IMG/VR virus record: IMGVR_UViG_3300006871_000008
Span: 1 to 64,000 of that record
Source: a virus
Strand: one strand, 5' to 3'
DNA length: 64,000 nucleotides
This document shows positions 1 to 7,066 of the stretch, piece after piece; position 1 is the stretch's first letter, and every line of letters begins with the position of its first letter. Position numbers and translations under genes: made by a program. The notes below the pieces were generated by a model. The model had not been told where the DNA came from and did not search any database. It worked only from the letters and a program-made list of their open reading frames with translations.

Positions 1-69
1 CATCACGACCCCTACAAGATGGATACGCCAGTAATACCGCTCAACCTCCTCCGGCTGCGCTTCAAGCAT
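1..69 (-). CDS. hypothetical protein, partial (runs off window start)
   Basis: ATG at 69 overlapping upstream gene end; open frame MLEAQPEEVERYYWRIHLVGVVM to edge. Confidence 0.5.
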   Translation of the reverse strand, partial: MLEAQPEEVERYYWRIHLVGVVM

Positions 70-352
70 GTCCGAGCAAAGCCTTTGAATCCGGCTGAGC
101 GCACTGTACCCTATCCTCGCTGCGTTTGATACCCTGTCCTTTGCCATGACTATCCTCATAAGCCTGAATGTCGTTGTAAACCTGCGTACTAAGCGTTTCC
201 GCTAGGGTCGCTATAAGTCGGATGCGTTTGGCATACGGGCGGCAGGCCAGCGGCCCGGCTTGCGAAAGTTCCGCTGCTGCGGTCCATAACCGATCTAGCG
301 ATTGCATGACCGCACGCCGGTCAGACGGTGTAGAGTGTATTCTAGTCGCCAT
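62..352 (-). CDS. hypothetical protein
   Basis: ORF; ATG 352 overlaps end of upstream gene. Confidence 0.6.
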   Translation of the reverse strand: MATRIHSTPSDRRAVMQSLDRLWTAAAELSQAGPLACRPYAKRIRLIATLAETLSTQVYNDIQAYEDSHGKGQGIKRSEDRVQCAQPDSKALLGHA

Positions 353-728
353 CGGCCCCGCCCGCCAAGGCCGCAATAGCCATATCTTTGTCCGCCTCAG
401 AAAGTTCGTCAGCGACCATCGGCTCGAAGATTTCCGTATCTTCGTCGTCATCGGCATCCCCACCCAATCTGTCGCCACCGTCGTATTGCTCATATAGCTT
501 CGCCTCAATCTGTTGAAGCACAACCGTTGCGAGAATCAACCGCTGAGCATACGGCTCAAGCGATTCAACCGTGTATTCGGTAAGATTCTCAATAACGTCA
601 GGCAGTATCTCAAGCGCCCCAACCAATTCCTCCATCATCTTCTGTTGTTTCAGTTGGGACGGACTATACCGCTTGGTCGCTTCCGCCGCTGGCGTCCCTG
701 GAACCGGATAATCTTGATCGCCGAGCAT
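342..728 (-). CDS. acidic hypothetical protein (frame stays open to ~1007, may be longer)
   Basis: AGGGAGGT SD 7 nt before ATG 728. Confidence 0.6.
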   Translation of the reverse strand: MLGDQDYPVPGTPAAEATKRYSPSQLKQQKMMEELVGALEILPDVIENLTEYTVESLEPYAQRLILATVVLQQIEAKLYEQYDGGDRLGGDADDDEDTEIFEPMVADELSEADKDMAIAALAGGADGD

Positions 729-996
729 AGTCGATACCTCCCTTGTCCACGGCTTAGGTGGCAGAACCACCTTATCCGGGTGCGTGATTTGTGTCTGGTC
801 GGAGTTACCCGCACCACCCTTAATCCCTAGCTCTTTCGCCACTTGCCACACAAGCGGCCAATCCTTGCGGTCCCTGCCACCGCCCCGTAGCTCCCAAAAG
901 TGGTGCTTGTGCTTTGTGACGGTTGGATTGATTACGCCGCGAGCGGTCGCGTACTCTACAATGGCCGCAATGGACTCAGGACGTGCGTTTTCCTCA

Positions 997-1515
997 CTAC
1001 TTAACAAGTTGATACGTCCCCTTCCGGTAGCTCGCGTTGCACAATTGGAATTTCTTGTCGTCGTAGGTAAGTTCGGCAGGATAGGCAGCCCGCCCCTTGA
1101 ACGTATAGAAGTCACGACCGCCACGGCTGACAATCTCGACTTGCGTGCCCGCAAATTCGGCTTGCAGCGCCTCAATGTTAGAACGCTGCACGGCCTCAAC
1201 ATCGTCAGTGGCAAGCGCTTCGATAGCTTCCACAAGTTGCTGCGAAAGTTCCTCTTGCGAATCTCTGGCAGTTTCGATAGCGATGGTACAGGTCTTAGCA
1301 ACCATACTAGCCCGATCTTCCTCGCTATCCTGCCCAAGCACGCAAAGCAAATGCGCGGCAAGTTTCATCTTGTCGTCAGGAACGTACACAGACGATATGG
1401 ATTCGTTTTTCCCGTCCGCCAGCGCCAACAGTCCCTTCGCTAGAAGCCCGAATTCTGATACGTGCCGGGCAGCCAGTTTATGCAGGAACAGCAGTAGTTT
1501 CCGACTTGTTCGCAT
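997..1515 (-). CDS. hypothetical protein
   Basis: ORF with AAAGGGA SD before ATG 1515. Confidence 0.7.
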   Translation of the reverse strand: MRTSRKLLLFLHKLAARHVSEFGLLAKGLLALADGKNESISSVYVPDDKMKLAAHLLCVLGQDSEEDRASMVAKTCTIAIETARDSQEELSQQLVEAIEALATDDVEAVQRSNIEALQAEFAGTQVEIVSRGGRDFYTFKGRAAYPAELTYDDKKFQLCNASYRKGTYQLVK

Positions 1516-1651
1516 CTTCGTCCCTTTCGTTAGACTTGTCCAGGGGCCGTCTGCGTATGTCACTTGCTACTGCCAGCACAGCCGGCACAATCGTAGTGGC
1601 CGCTACACAGACGGCAATTTCCAGTGTTCCGCAGCAAATACAGGCAAGCAT
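1478..1651 (-). CDS. small hydrophobic protein (57 aa)
   Basis: manually translated MLACICCGTLEIAVCVAATTIVPAVLAV...; directly downstream of promoter 1670-1697. Confidence 0.45.
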   Translation of the reverse strand: MLACICCGTLEIAVCVAATTIVPAVLAVASDIRRRPLDKSNERDEDANKSETTAVPA

Positions 1652-1669
1652 TGTTTGGCCCTCAATTAC

Positions 1670-1697
1670 ATACTACCACGAACCGGCCCGAAGTCAA
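1670..1697 (-). promoter_or_regulatory. sigma70-type promoter
   Basis: TTGACT-N16-TAGTAT. Confidence 0.7.
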
Positions 1698-2146
1698 GCA
1701 GCCCGCGCGACTTTCCGCCGCTTGGCTTTGCGGCGTGTCGCTGCTCCCTTGCGAGCGGCAGCCCTGCGGCGCTCAAACGTCTGCACGTCAACAAGTTCCA
1801 GCCACGGCTTGCCTTCCTCAAGGGGAATTGACTCGTAGCGCTTGTAACCCGTCGCCGGGTCAACAATGGACCGATACCCGCCGCCGATGGAAGTTTGCAC
1901 GCCACCACGATTAACGTAAAGTTTCGCACCATCCGGCGAAGCCAGACAGAACATAGCGTCGTGAATTTCATCACGACTAGGCGTATGCGTATTCTCGTAA
2001 CGGTCGAACGGCCTGCCCTCAGCCGGATTCGCCGGAATGCGCCGAGTGACAGTCAGCTTGTATCGAGTGCGCCACTCAAAATTGTTGAAGCTGCCAGAGA
2101 AGGTTTTGAGGAACTTGCCGGTTCTGCGGTCGCGGACTGCCAACAT
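1694..2146 (-). CDS. hypothetical protein, basic C-terminus
   Basis: ORF, GGAG SD before ATG 2146. Confidence 0.7.
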   Translation of the reverse strand: MLAVRDRRTGKFLKTFSGSFNNFEWRTRYKLTVTRRIPANPAEGRPFDRYENTHTPSRDEIHDAMFCLASPDGAKLYVNRGGVQTSIGGGYRSIVDPATGYKRYESIPLEEGKPWLELVDVQTFERRRAAARKGAATRRKAKRRKVARAA

Positions 2147-2148
2147 GC

Positions 2149-2406
2149 TTAACTCCAATCGTTCGGTGTAGGCCCGGTGTTAGCCATTTCACCGAGCAGG
2201 GCGTTTATATCGACTTGGCTGACAAAGACGTGCATACCGTTTGTAGGGTACGCTTTGCCACCGGCCCGCGCGACGAGCGCCAGGGCGGCATAGGCGGAAA
2301 GTTTGGTTTGACCGCCAGAATGGTCCCAAGAGCCAAGAGCCTCAAGTTCCCTCAAGGTCATCCAAGCACCCCCGTCGATAGGGTAGTAGTTGGGCGTTGG
2401 AATCAT
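2149..2406 (-). CDS. hypothetical protein
   Basis: GGGAGG SD, TAATG overlap at 2404-2408. Confidence 0.65.
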   Translation of the reverse strand: MIPTPNYYPIDGGAWMTLRELEALGSWDHSGGQTKLSAYAALALVARAGGKAYPTNGMHVFVSQVDINALLGEMANTGPTPNDWS

Positions 2407-2522
2407 TATTGCCCTCCCAGGACAAAGCAGGCGACGACGCCAGGATAGGCCCAAGCCTCAAATTCGCTTGCCGCTTCGAGTAGGCCGCGAGTACCATTGG
2501 CGAAGTGAACGTAAAACGACAT
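2406..2522 (-). CDS. small hypothetical protein (38 aa)
   Basis: MSFYVHFANG...; TAATG-coupled at both ends. Confidence 0.5.
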   Translation of the reverse strand: MSFYVHFANGTRGLLEAASEFEAWAYPGVVACFVLGGQ

Positions 2523-2851
2523 TACCAATTCTCCGGGTCGCGTAGTTCGTCTCGGCTGACAGAGTTTTCCTGCATAAAACGATTACGCAGGTAGTCCAAG
2601 ATAACTGTGTTGTGCGTGCTAAGCATGGGCGGCTTGCCCTTGCGGATTGTGTAGGTGCGAACGGTCGCAGCATCCTCGGCGCTCTCGAAAGCGTGCTTGT
2701 CGTCGGCGTGCTGCCATTGCTGCGCGGCGGCAATCAATGCCCGGTTCTCTGGCGTATCATCCATGAACATATCATTGCAACTCTCATTGCCCAACTTATC
2801 GGAAAGGCAATCAAGGAACGACGCCAGCATGATTGAGTCGGTTTTGGTCAT
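2522..2851 (-). CDS. hypothetical protein (leaderless)
   Basis: ORF; ATG is 7th base after -10 box. Confidence 0.7.
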   Translation of the reverse strand: MTKTDSIMLASFLDCLSDKLGNESCNDMFMDDTPENRALIAAAQQWQHADDKHAFESAEDAATVRTYTIRKGKPPMLSTHNTVILDYLRNRFMQENSVSRDELRDPENW

Positions 2852-2857
2852 ACGTCA

Positions 2858-2885
2858 ACTATACACCGTTTTGCTAGGGCGTCAA
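2858..2885 (-). promoter_or_regulatory. sigma70-type promoter
   Basis: TTGACG-N16-TATAGT. Confidence 0.75.
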
Positions 2886-3101
2886 GTTTTTCATCGTCTT
2901 TGCAATCTCAATCAGGCGGGCGAATTTCAGCACCACCCCGACAAGCTGCGTAGCCGATTTGTCCCCGTCAGCGGCCCGAATGTCCAGCCCCTCAACCAGC
3001 GTGCAAAGGCGGACGTAGCTACCACCGCCATCCTCGCCGCCGAACGTCGATAGAATCAAGTCCATCGCGGCGTGCGTTTCAGGCTGGCAGCGTTCAAGCA
3101 T
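2874..3101 (-). CDS. hypothetical protein (leaderless)
   Basis: ORF; ATG is 7th base after -10. Confidence 0.7.
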   Translation of the reverse strand: MLERCQPETHAAMDLILSTFGGEDGGGSYVRLCTLVEGLDIRAADGDKSATQLVGVVLKFARLIEIAKTMKNLTP

Positions 3102-3107
3102 GTAAAT

Positions 3108-3135
3108 ACTCTACCATGCGCCGGCAAAAAGTCAA
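3108..3135 (-). promoter_or_regulatory. sigma70-type promoter
   Basis: TTGACT-N16-TAGAGT, TG extended -10. Confidence 0.7.
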
Positions 3136-3154
3136 GCGGCCCGACAAAGATACC

Positions 3155-3207
3155 GACTATCGTGGTCACGACGGGCGGCACGGCCACGACCCTCGACCAC
3201 GATAGTC
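3155..3207. repeat. 13-bp perfect inverted repeat with 27-nt spacer (copy 1)
   Basis: GACTATCGTGGTC...GACCACGATAGTC; second copy at 6556-6609. Confidence 0.85.
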
Positions 3208-3229
3208 AATATAATTGGTGCATACGCGC

Positions 3230-3260
3230 AAAAAGAAACCCGGCATAAAGCCGGGTTTCC
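3230..3260 (-). terminator. intrinsic terminator after GATase gene
   Basis: GAAACCCGGC-TTTAT-GCCGGGTTTC followed by T run. Confidence 0.8.
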
Positions 3261-3319
3261 CAGAGGAATCGGGCTAGGCCGGGTTAGCGGCACAGAGCAT
3301 GAAGCACACGTTCACCCGA

Positions 3320-4228
3320 TTAGTCGGCGTATTCGCCAACATACTCACGCCACGCATCTTGCCACCGCTCGTCGTAATCCGGCACGTCGTTCCAGGGGTC
3401 ACGGTCCTTCAAGCCCATAAGAGCGGCATACTCGCTGTCCGGGTCACTGGCCTCAAAGGGGTCAGAAGTCGCGGAATCGTGGTACTTGCCGCTGCCGGTA
3501 CTTGTGCCACTGTTCTTAAAGCCGATGTACCGGCCACGACCACCGCCCTGCGTGCGACTGTCCCATTCCATCCAGGCTCCCCGACACTCAAGAGCCTTCA
3601 AGTTGGCGGTGTCGATACCACCCGCCGCATTGATCGAAAGCCGCATTGTCTCGCCTTCGGTAAAGGCGTGATACTCGATATTGCCGAGCGCGGCCTTCAA
3701 ATGCTTGTAGTCGGACGAGAAGTAATAAACGTCGCCGACCTTGCAAATGGCAAGGCAGTTATTGTGGGCTTGCAGATACAGCCCGGCCCCGTCAGTCCAG
3801 ACAAGACCCCAATAACCGGAAACATCGCCAAGAGCCTTTTGATAATCACCCTCGGCTTGGTGGATAGCGTCGATCAAATACATAGAATCGACAGCGTAGG
3901 TAGTCGGCGCGCCGACGATACCATTGTGCGCCCCGACGATGTTACCGTAGCGGAACGGGTGGGCGTTCTCCCGCACGTTATGGCCCCGCGTGCCGTGGCG
4001 AGTGTGCCCGGCGACGAACCATAGGCCGTTGCCCTCAGCCCCGGCAAGGTATTTGTTCAGCTTGTTACCCGTCAAGGCGTCGATGGGCGATTGCGCCCGC
4101 TTCCAGATTTTGCCGTCGCTGCCGAAGAATCCGATTGCTTCGTTTCCGCGCTCCGCATTGGCGAGAGCGAGTGTACGAAGCGCACCGAAGTCAGCACCCT
4201 TACCGATTGAGCCGAAGATTCCACACAT
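3320..4228 (-). CDS. class II (Ntn) glutamine amidotransferase
   Basis: N-terminal MCGIFG (Cys2 nucleophile), RG, HTRHGT, NAHPF, AHNG, VDS motifs; AAGGA SD. Confidence 0.92.
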   Translation of the reverse strand: MCGIFGSIGKGADFGALRTLALANAERGNEAIGFFGSDGKIWKRAQSPIDALTGNKLNKYLAGAEGNGLWFVAGHTRHGTRGHNVRENAHPFRYGNIVGAHNGIVGAPTTYAVDSMYLIDAIHQAEGDYQKALGDVSGYWGLVWTDGAGLYLQAHNNCLAICKVGDVYYFSSDYKHLKAALGNIEYHAFTEGETMRLSINAAGGIDTANLKALECRGAWMEWDSRTQGGGRGRYIGFKNSGTSTGSGKYHDSATSDPFEASDPDSEYAALMGLKDRDPWNDVPDYDERWQDAWREYVGEYAD

Positions 4229-4259
4229 GCTGTTTATTCCTTTGGATTGAGACTTGTTT

Positions 4260-4300
4260 TGGCAGACGGCTTACGGTCAACCCTTCGCCGTTGGCTGCCA
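4260..4300 (-). promoter_or_regulatory. structured 5' leader of GATase mRNA
   Basis: TGGCAG/CTGCCA and ACGGC/GCCGT stems starting at predicted TSS. Confidence 0.4.
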
Positions 4301-4308
4301 CTAACTAC

Positions 4309-4336
4309 ATTATACACCGGCCCCGCCCGTTGTCAA
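4309..4336 (-). promoter_or_regulatory. consensus sigma70 promoter for GATase
   Basis: TTGACA-N16-TATAAT; TGA in -35 is the amidoligase stop codon. Confidence 0.85.
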
Positions 4337-5799
4337 CTTGCCAGCACAAGATTTTGCTCCGCAATCATCCGGTCGAACGAAGTTTCCGATTCTATCGGTT
4401 GCTTCATCTTTGCGGCCCGCTTCATGTAGTACGACCGGAGTGTGCCGTCATCGCTGATAATATCCATAATGGCGGCAAACTTCTGCACCACGGACTTACC
4501 GGCAAACAAGTCATAAACCTCACGCTCCGGCAGCTTCGCCAGAGCATCGACAAACCGCGTATGGATTTTAACCCAATTGGCGACTTTATCGTAGTTGGTG
4601 GTTCCGCTGTGTAAACGGATTTCAACGGTATGGTGGCGCTGGTATGCCTGCCAGTTGAGCCAGTGGTAACGGTCGTCCGTTCTTTCCAGAATGTAGTTGA
4701 AGCCCTGCCCGCGAATGTCGTCAACCGAATAGGGCAGACGGTCGCAGTAGGAATTTCCGGCACGTTTCTTACTAACGAACCTTGCCCAAACATCCTCAGT
4801 CGCCGTATAACCGACAGCGACGGAAGCAAGCTGAGCATTGTTAAGGTCGCCACAATCGACGTGAACGTGGTAGCCGCAAGAGCTATCGACGGTCCAATCG
4901 TGTTCTCTGCCAAAGGCACACAAGTTGGAAACGGCCTCAAGACCCTCATCACCCTGCAAGACGGGTGACACGAATTCCTTGCCGCTAGACAAGGAACCAT
5001 CGTACTTAACGCCAAAGGGCGTTTTACCCCGTAGCCCGCCGTGATGCCTGCAACCGGAAATTTCCAACTCGACACCGAATTTGCGTTTGCTGCCGACGTT
5101 ATCGAATGTAGTGCCATCGACACGCCGACCTTGCTCCCACTCCGCTTCGTCGTCATCTTCGTCACAGGGCGAGCAGTTGGCACAGTACGCATCGCCGTCG
5201 TACTCGTCGGTGTAGGCAACATCGTCAAAGATGATAGCCTGCCCGCAACCGCAGCAAGTGGTAAACCTGCCGCTAAAGCACTCAGAGCAATAAAGCGCGG
5301 CATCGCCAGCAATCGGAGAAGCCTGCAACGCTGTAGTTTCGGTTTCAGCGCCACAAGCGGAGCAATGCGAATACAGCGACATATAGCAAGCCTCACAATG
5401 CGGTAGGTAAGAATCTTCGGCGTAGAACTCGCTGCCGACAGCGGTTTCCCGCTCGCAGGCGGCACAAGCCACAAATCGCTCCCCGTAGCAATCGCGGCAA
5501 AATTCGTGGTTATCGGCACTAGCCCGGCGTTCCGTCACGTCGGTATGCTCGCCGCATCCGGTACAAACGATGTAGTCGATACCCTCGCGTGGTGCTTCGG
5601 TGGGCAAGCGGCCTACTGGTGGCAGCCCGGCAGTCGGCAGCCCGCAGCCCGGCAGGACGTGCTGGCGCTCTACCATCGGCATTAGGACCGTGGCGGCGTG
5701 CCAATCGCTAGTCCATTGTGCGGGTGACGGTGCTGGCCGCTCGCGGCGTGCATTGCGGCGACTTCGGCGTAGCTCTTGTGTGCGGCGTGAACGTGGCAT
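4333..5799 (-). CDS. amidoligase (COOH-NH2 ligase, Amidoligase_2-like) with N-terminal repeated zinc ribbons
   Basis: FGVELE, DGSL, EFVSP, SCGYHVHV, LNW, TVEIRLHSGT motifs; 8 CxxC pairs upstream; leaderless start. Confidence 0.88.
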   Translation of the reverse strand: MPRSRRTQELRRSRRNARRERPAPSPAQWTSDWHAATVLMPMVERQHVLPGCGLPTAGLPPVGRLPTEAPREGIDYIVCTGCGEHTDVTERRASADNHEFCRDCYGERFVACAACERETAVGSEFYAEDSYLPHCEACYMSLYSHCSACGAETETTALQASPIAGDAALYCSECFSGRFTTCCGCGQAIIFDDVAYTDEYDGDAYCANCSPCDEDDDEAEWEQGRRVDGTTFDNVGSKRKFGVELEISGCRHHGGLRGKTPFGVKYDGSLSSGKEFVSPVLQGDEGLEAVSNLCAFGREHDWTVDSSCGYHVHVDCGDLNNAQLASVAVGYTATEDVWARFVSKKRAGNSYCDRLPYSVDDIRGQGFNYILERTDDRYHWLNWQAYQRHHTVEIRLHSGTTNYDKVANWVKIHTRFVDALAKLPEREVYDLFAGKSVVQKFAAIMDIISDDGTLRSYYMKRAAKMKQPIESETSFDRMIAEQNLVLAS

Positions 5800-5805
5800 A
5801 ACTAC

Positions 5806-5833
5806 ACTATAACCTATCGCGTCGTGTTGTCAA
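5806..5833 (-). promoter_or_regulatory. sigma70-type promoter (leaderless amidoligase)
   Basis: TTGACA-N16-TATAGT, ATG at +7. Confidence 0.85.
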
Positions 5834-5834
5834 G

Positions 5835-5906
5835 AGGCACTTGTTGGAATCGGACCAACTTAGCCCGGTTGGAAACCGGGAACATCGCCAGCAATGTTTA
5901 AGTGCC
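5835..5906 (-). tRNA. atypical tRNA-Gly(UCC)
   Basis: GGCACTT/AAGTGCC acceptor, ACAT/ATGT D stem, CCCGG-TT TCC AA-CCGGG anticodon arm, GTTGG-TCCGATT-CCAAC T arm, U73; A8/U14 and C55 non-canonical; no CCA. Confidence 0.8.
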
Positions 5907-5911
5907 AAAAG

Positions 5912-6010
5912 TTGCAGGGCGGGGAGTCGAACCCCGATAGCGGCGCGCTCGCGCTGTCCTTGTCCGGTGTTTACGACCTTGCGGTTCGCACCCTATTAGA
6001 CGACCCTGCC
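5912..6010 (-). ncRNA. tRNA-like RNA lacking a canonical anticodon loop, with hairpin inserted in the D-loop
   Basis: GCAGGG/CCCTGC acceptor, CGGGG-TTCGACT-CCCCG T arm, GTCT/GGAC D stem, inserted GCAA-tetraloop hairpin. Confidence 0.7.
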
Positions 6011-6019
6011 ATGTTTGCC

Positions 6020-6205
6020 TTAGTTGCGGAAGTACCGGGACAGGGCGAATAGCGCGATGCCGACCGCCGACAAGTCACGGAACGCAAAACCCTGCAAGTA
6101 GGGCGAAACGGCAAGATAGTTGCTCGCCAGCCAAACCATGCCAGGGACGATAACCGACGCTGCCAGCAAAATGCCGACAATGTGCGCGAAAGTGGCCTTC
6201 GCCAT
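6020..6205 (-). CDS. small two-TM membrane protein
   Basis: two hydrophobic stretches; GGAG SD. Confidence 0.7.
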   Translation of the reverse strand: MAKATFAHIVGILLAASVIVPGMVWLASNYLAVSPYLQGFAFRDLSAVGIALFALSRYFRN

Positions 6206-6250
6206 AAACGTACTCCGATGTTGAGAAGTGGAAAGTTTCGACTACACTCC

Positions 6251-6278
6251 ATTATACCGCGCTTTGGTCCGTTGTCAA
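6251..6278 (-). promoter_or_regulatory. consensus promoter upstream of membrane protein and tRNA-like pair
   Basis: TTGACA-N16-TATAAT. Confidence 0.85.
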
Positions 6279-6458
6279 ATAATACCGCACAACGGCCAGC
6301 TTCCAAGCGTCAATTGCGTTCTCGCTGCCGTCGTCGTGCCGCACGATAACATCGTCCCGCTCGCGGTCCAGCCCGATTACGGTCACGCCGCAAGGCGCAC
6401 CGTCTGCACGGTTGTACCGCTGGCCTACTTGAATGTTGTGGCGGTCGATGTTGCTCAT
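6252..6458 (-). CDS. hypothetical protein (leaderless)
   Basis: ORF; ATG at +7 from -10. Confidence 0.7.
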   Translation of the reverse strand: MSNIDRHNIQVGQRYNRADGAPCGVTVIGLDRERDDVIVRHDDGSENAIDAWKLAVVRYYLTTDQSAV

Positions 6459-6464
6459 ACGCCA

Positions 6465-6492
6465 ATCATATCATGCCCGGCCCGGTTGTCAA
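6465..6492 (-). promoter_or_regulatory. sigma70-type promoter
   Basis: TTGACA-N16-TATGAT. Confidence 0.8.
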
Positions 6493-6555
6493 ATCGGCCC
6501 GCAAAGATTTCCGTTGACCTTGTAACTAGGGCGCACGCGAAAGCCAATAATGCCA

Positions 6556-6609
6556 ACTGTCGTGGTCATGCCGTTCGCTGGCGTGGGCCTCCGTCTTGAC
6601 CACGATAGT
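6556..6609. repeat. 13-bp inverted repeat with 28-nt spacer (copy 2)
   Basis: ACTGTCGTGGTCA...TGACCACGATAGT. Confidence 0.8.
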
Positions 6610-6654
6610 CAATAATCTTAATATAGTCGATACAATTAGGATAGTCGCTACAAT
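6605..6654. repeat. three ATAGTC-led direct repeats at 18-bp period in AT-rich DNA
   Basis: ATAGTCAATAAT 6605, ATAGTCGATACAAT 6623, ATAGTCGCTACAAT 6641. Confidence 0.7.
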
Positions 6655-6738
6655 CATAACTCCGCATTAGTAGCGAAATTTCCGGGCCTGAAAATTATTC
6701 AATTCGGGCCTTGCGAGGGCGGCGCACAATATGCGCAT

Positions 6739-6772
6739 GAAAAAACCCGACCGCCTTACGAGCGATTCGGGC
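6739..6772 (-). terminator. intrinsic terminator
   Basis: GCCCGAATCGC...GCGGTCGGGT followed by T run. Confidence 0.65.
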
Positions 6773-6829
6773 TTTTGCTTCGCCACAGCGATTGCCGCAG
6801 CATTGATAAGCACTGGCTTACGACCGCAC

Positions 6830-7066
6830 TTATACGGGCAGCTTGCGGATAAGGAACTTCTCGCCGACTTGCGTAACGGTGTAAAGGTCCGAGTTATCCT
6901 CAAAGTACGCGATAGCGGTGTCCGGGTAAACTGGCAATCCTGCCAGCCCCGACGCCAGCCCCATCACGTCCGACAACTCCGCGACGTTCAACTCGGTCAT
7001 GGCAACCGCCAGGGCTTCGCGGACACGCTGGCCCACCGGGGAACGATGTTCAAGTAATGCGCTCAT
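6830..7066 (-). CDS. hypothetical protein
   Basis: ORF with ATGA overlap. Confidence 0.65.
   Translation of the reverse strand: MSALLEHRSPVGQRVREALAVAMTELNVAELSDVMGLASGLAGLPVYPDTAIAYFEDNSDLYTVTQVGEKFLIRKLPV

Noticed and set aside
4422-5519. 365-aa alternative-frame ORF inside the amidoligase
   Set aside because: No motifs, low-complexity composition; the amidoligase frame explains the region
5912-6010. tmRNA or intron-containing tRNA
   Set aside because: No G3-U70, no tag ORF, far too short; removing the D-loop insert still leaves no anticodon loop
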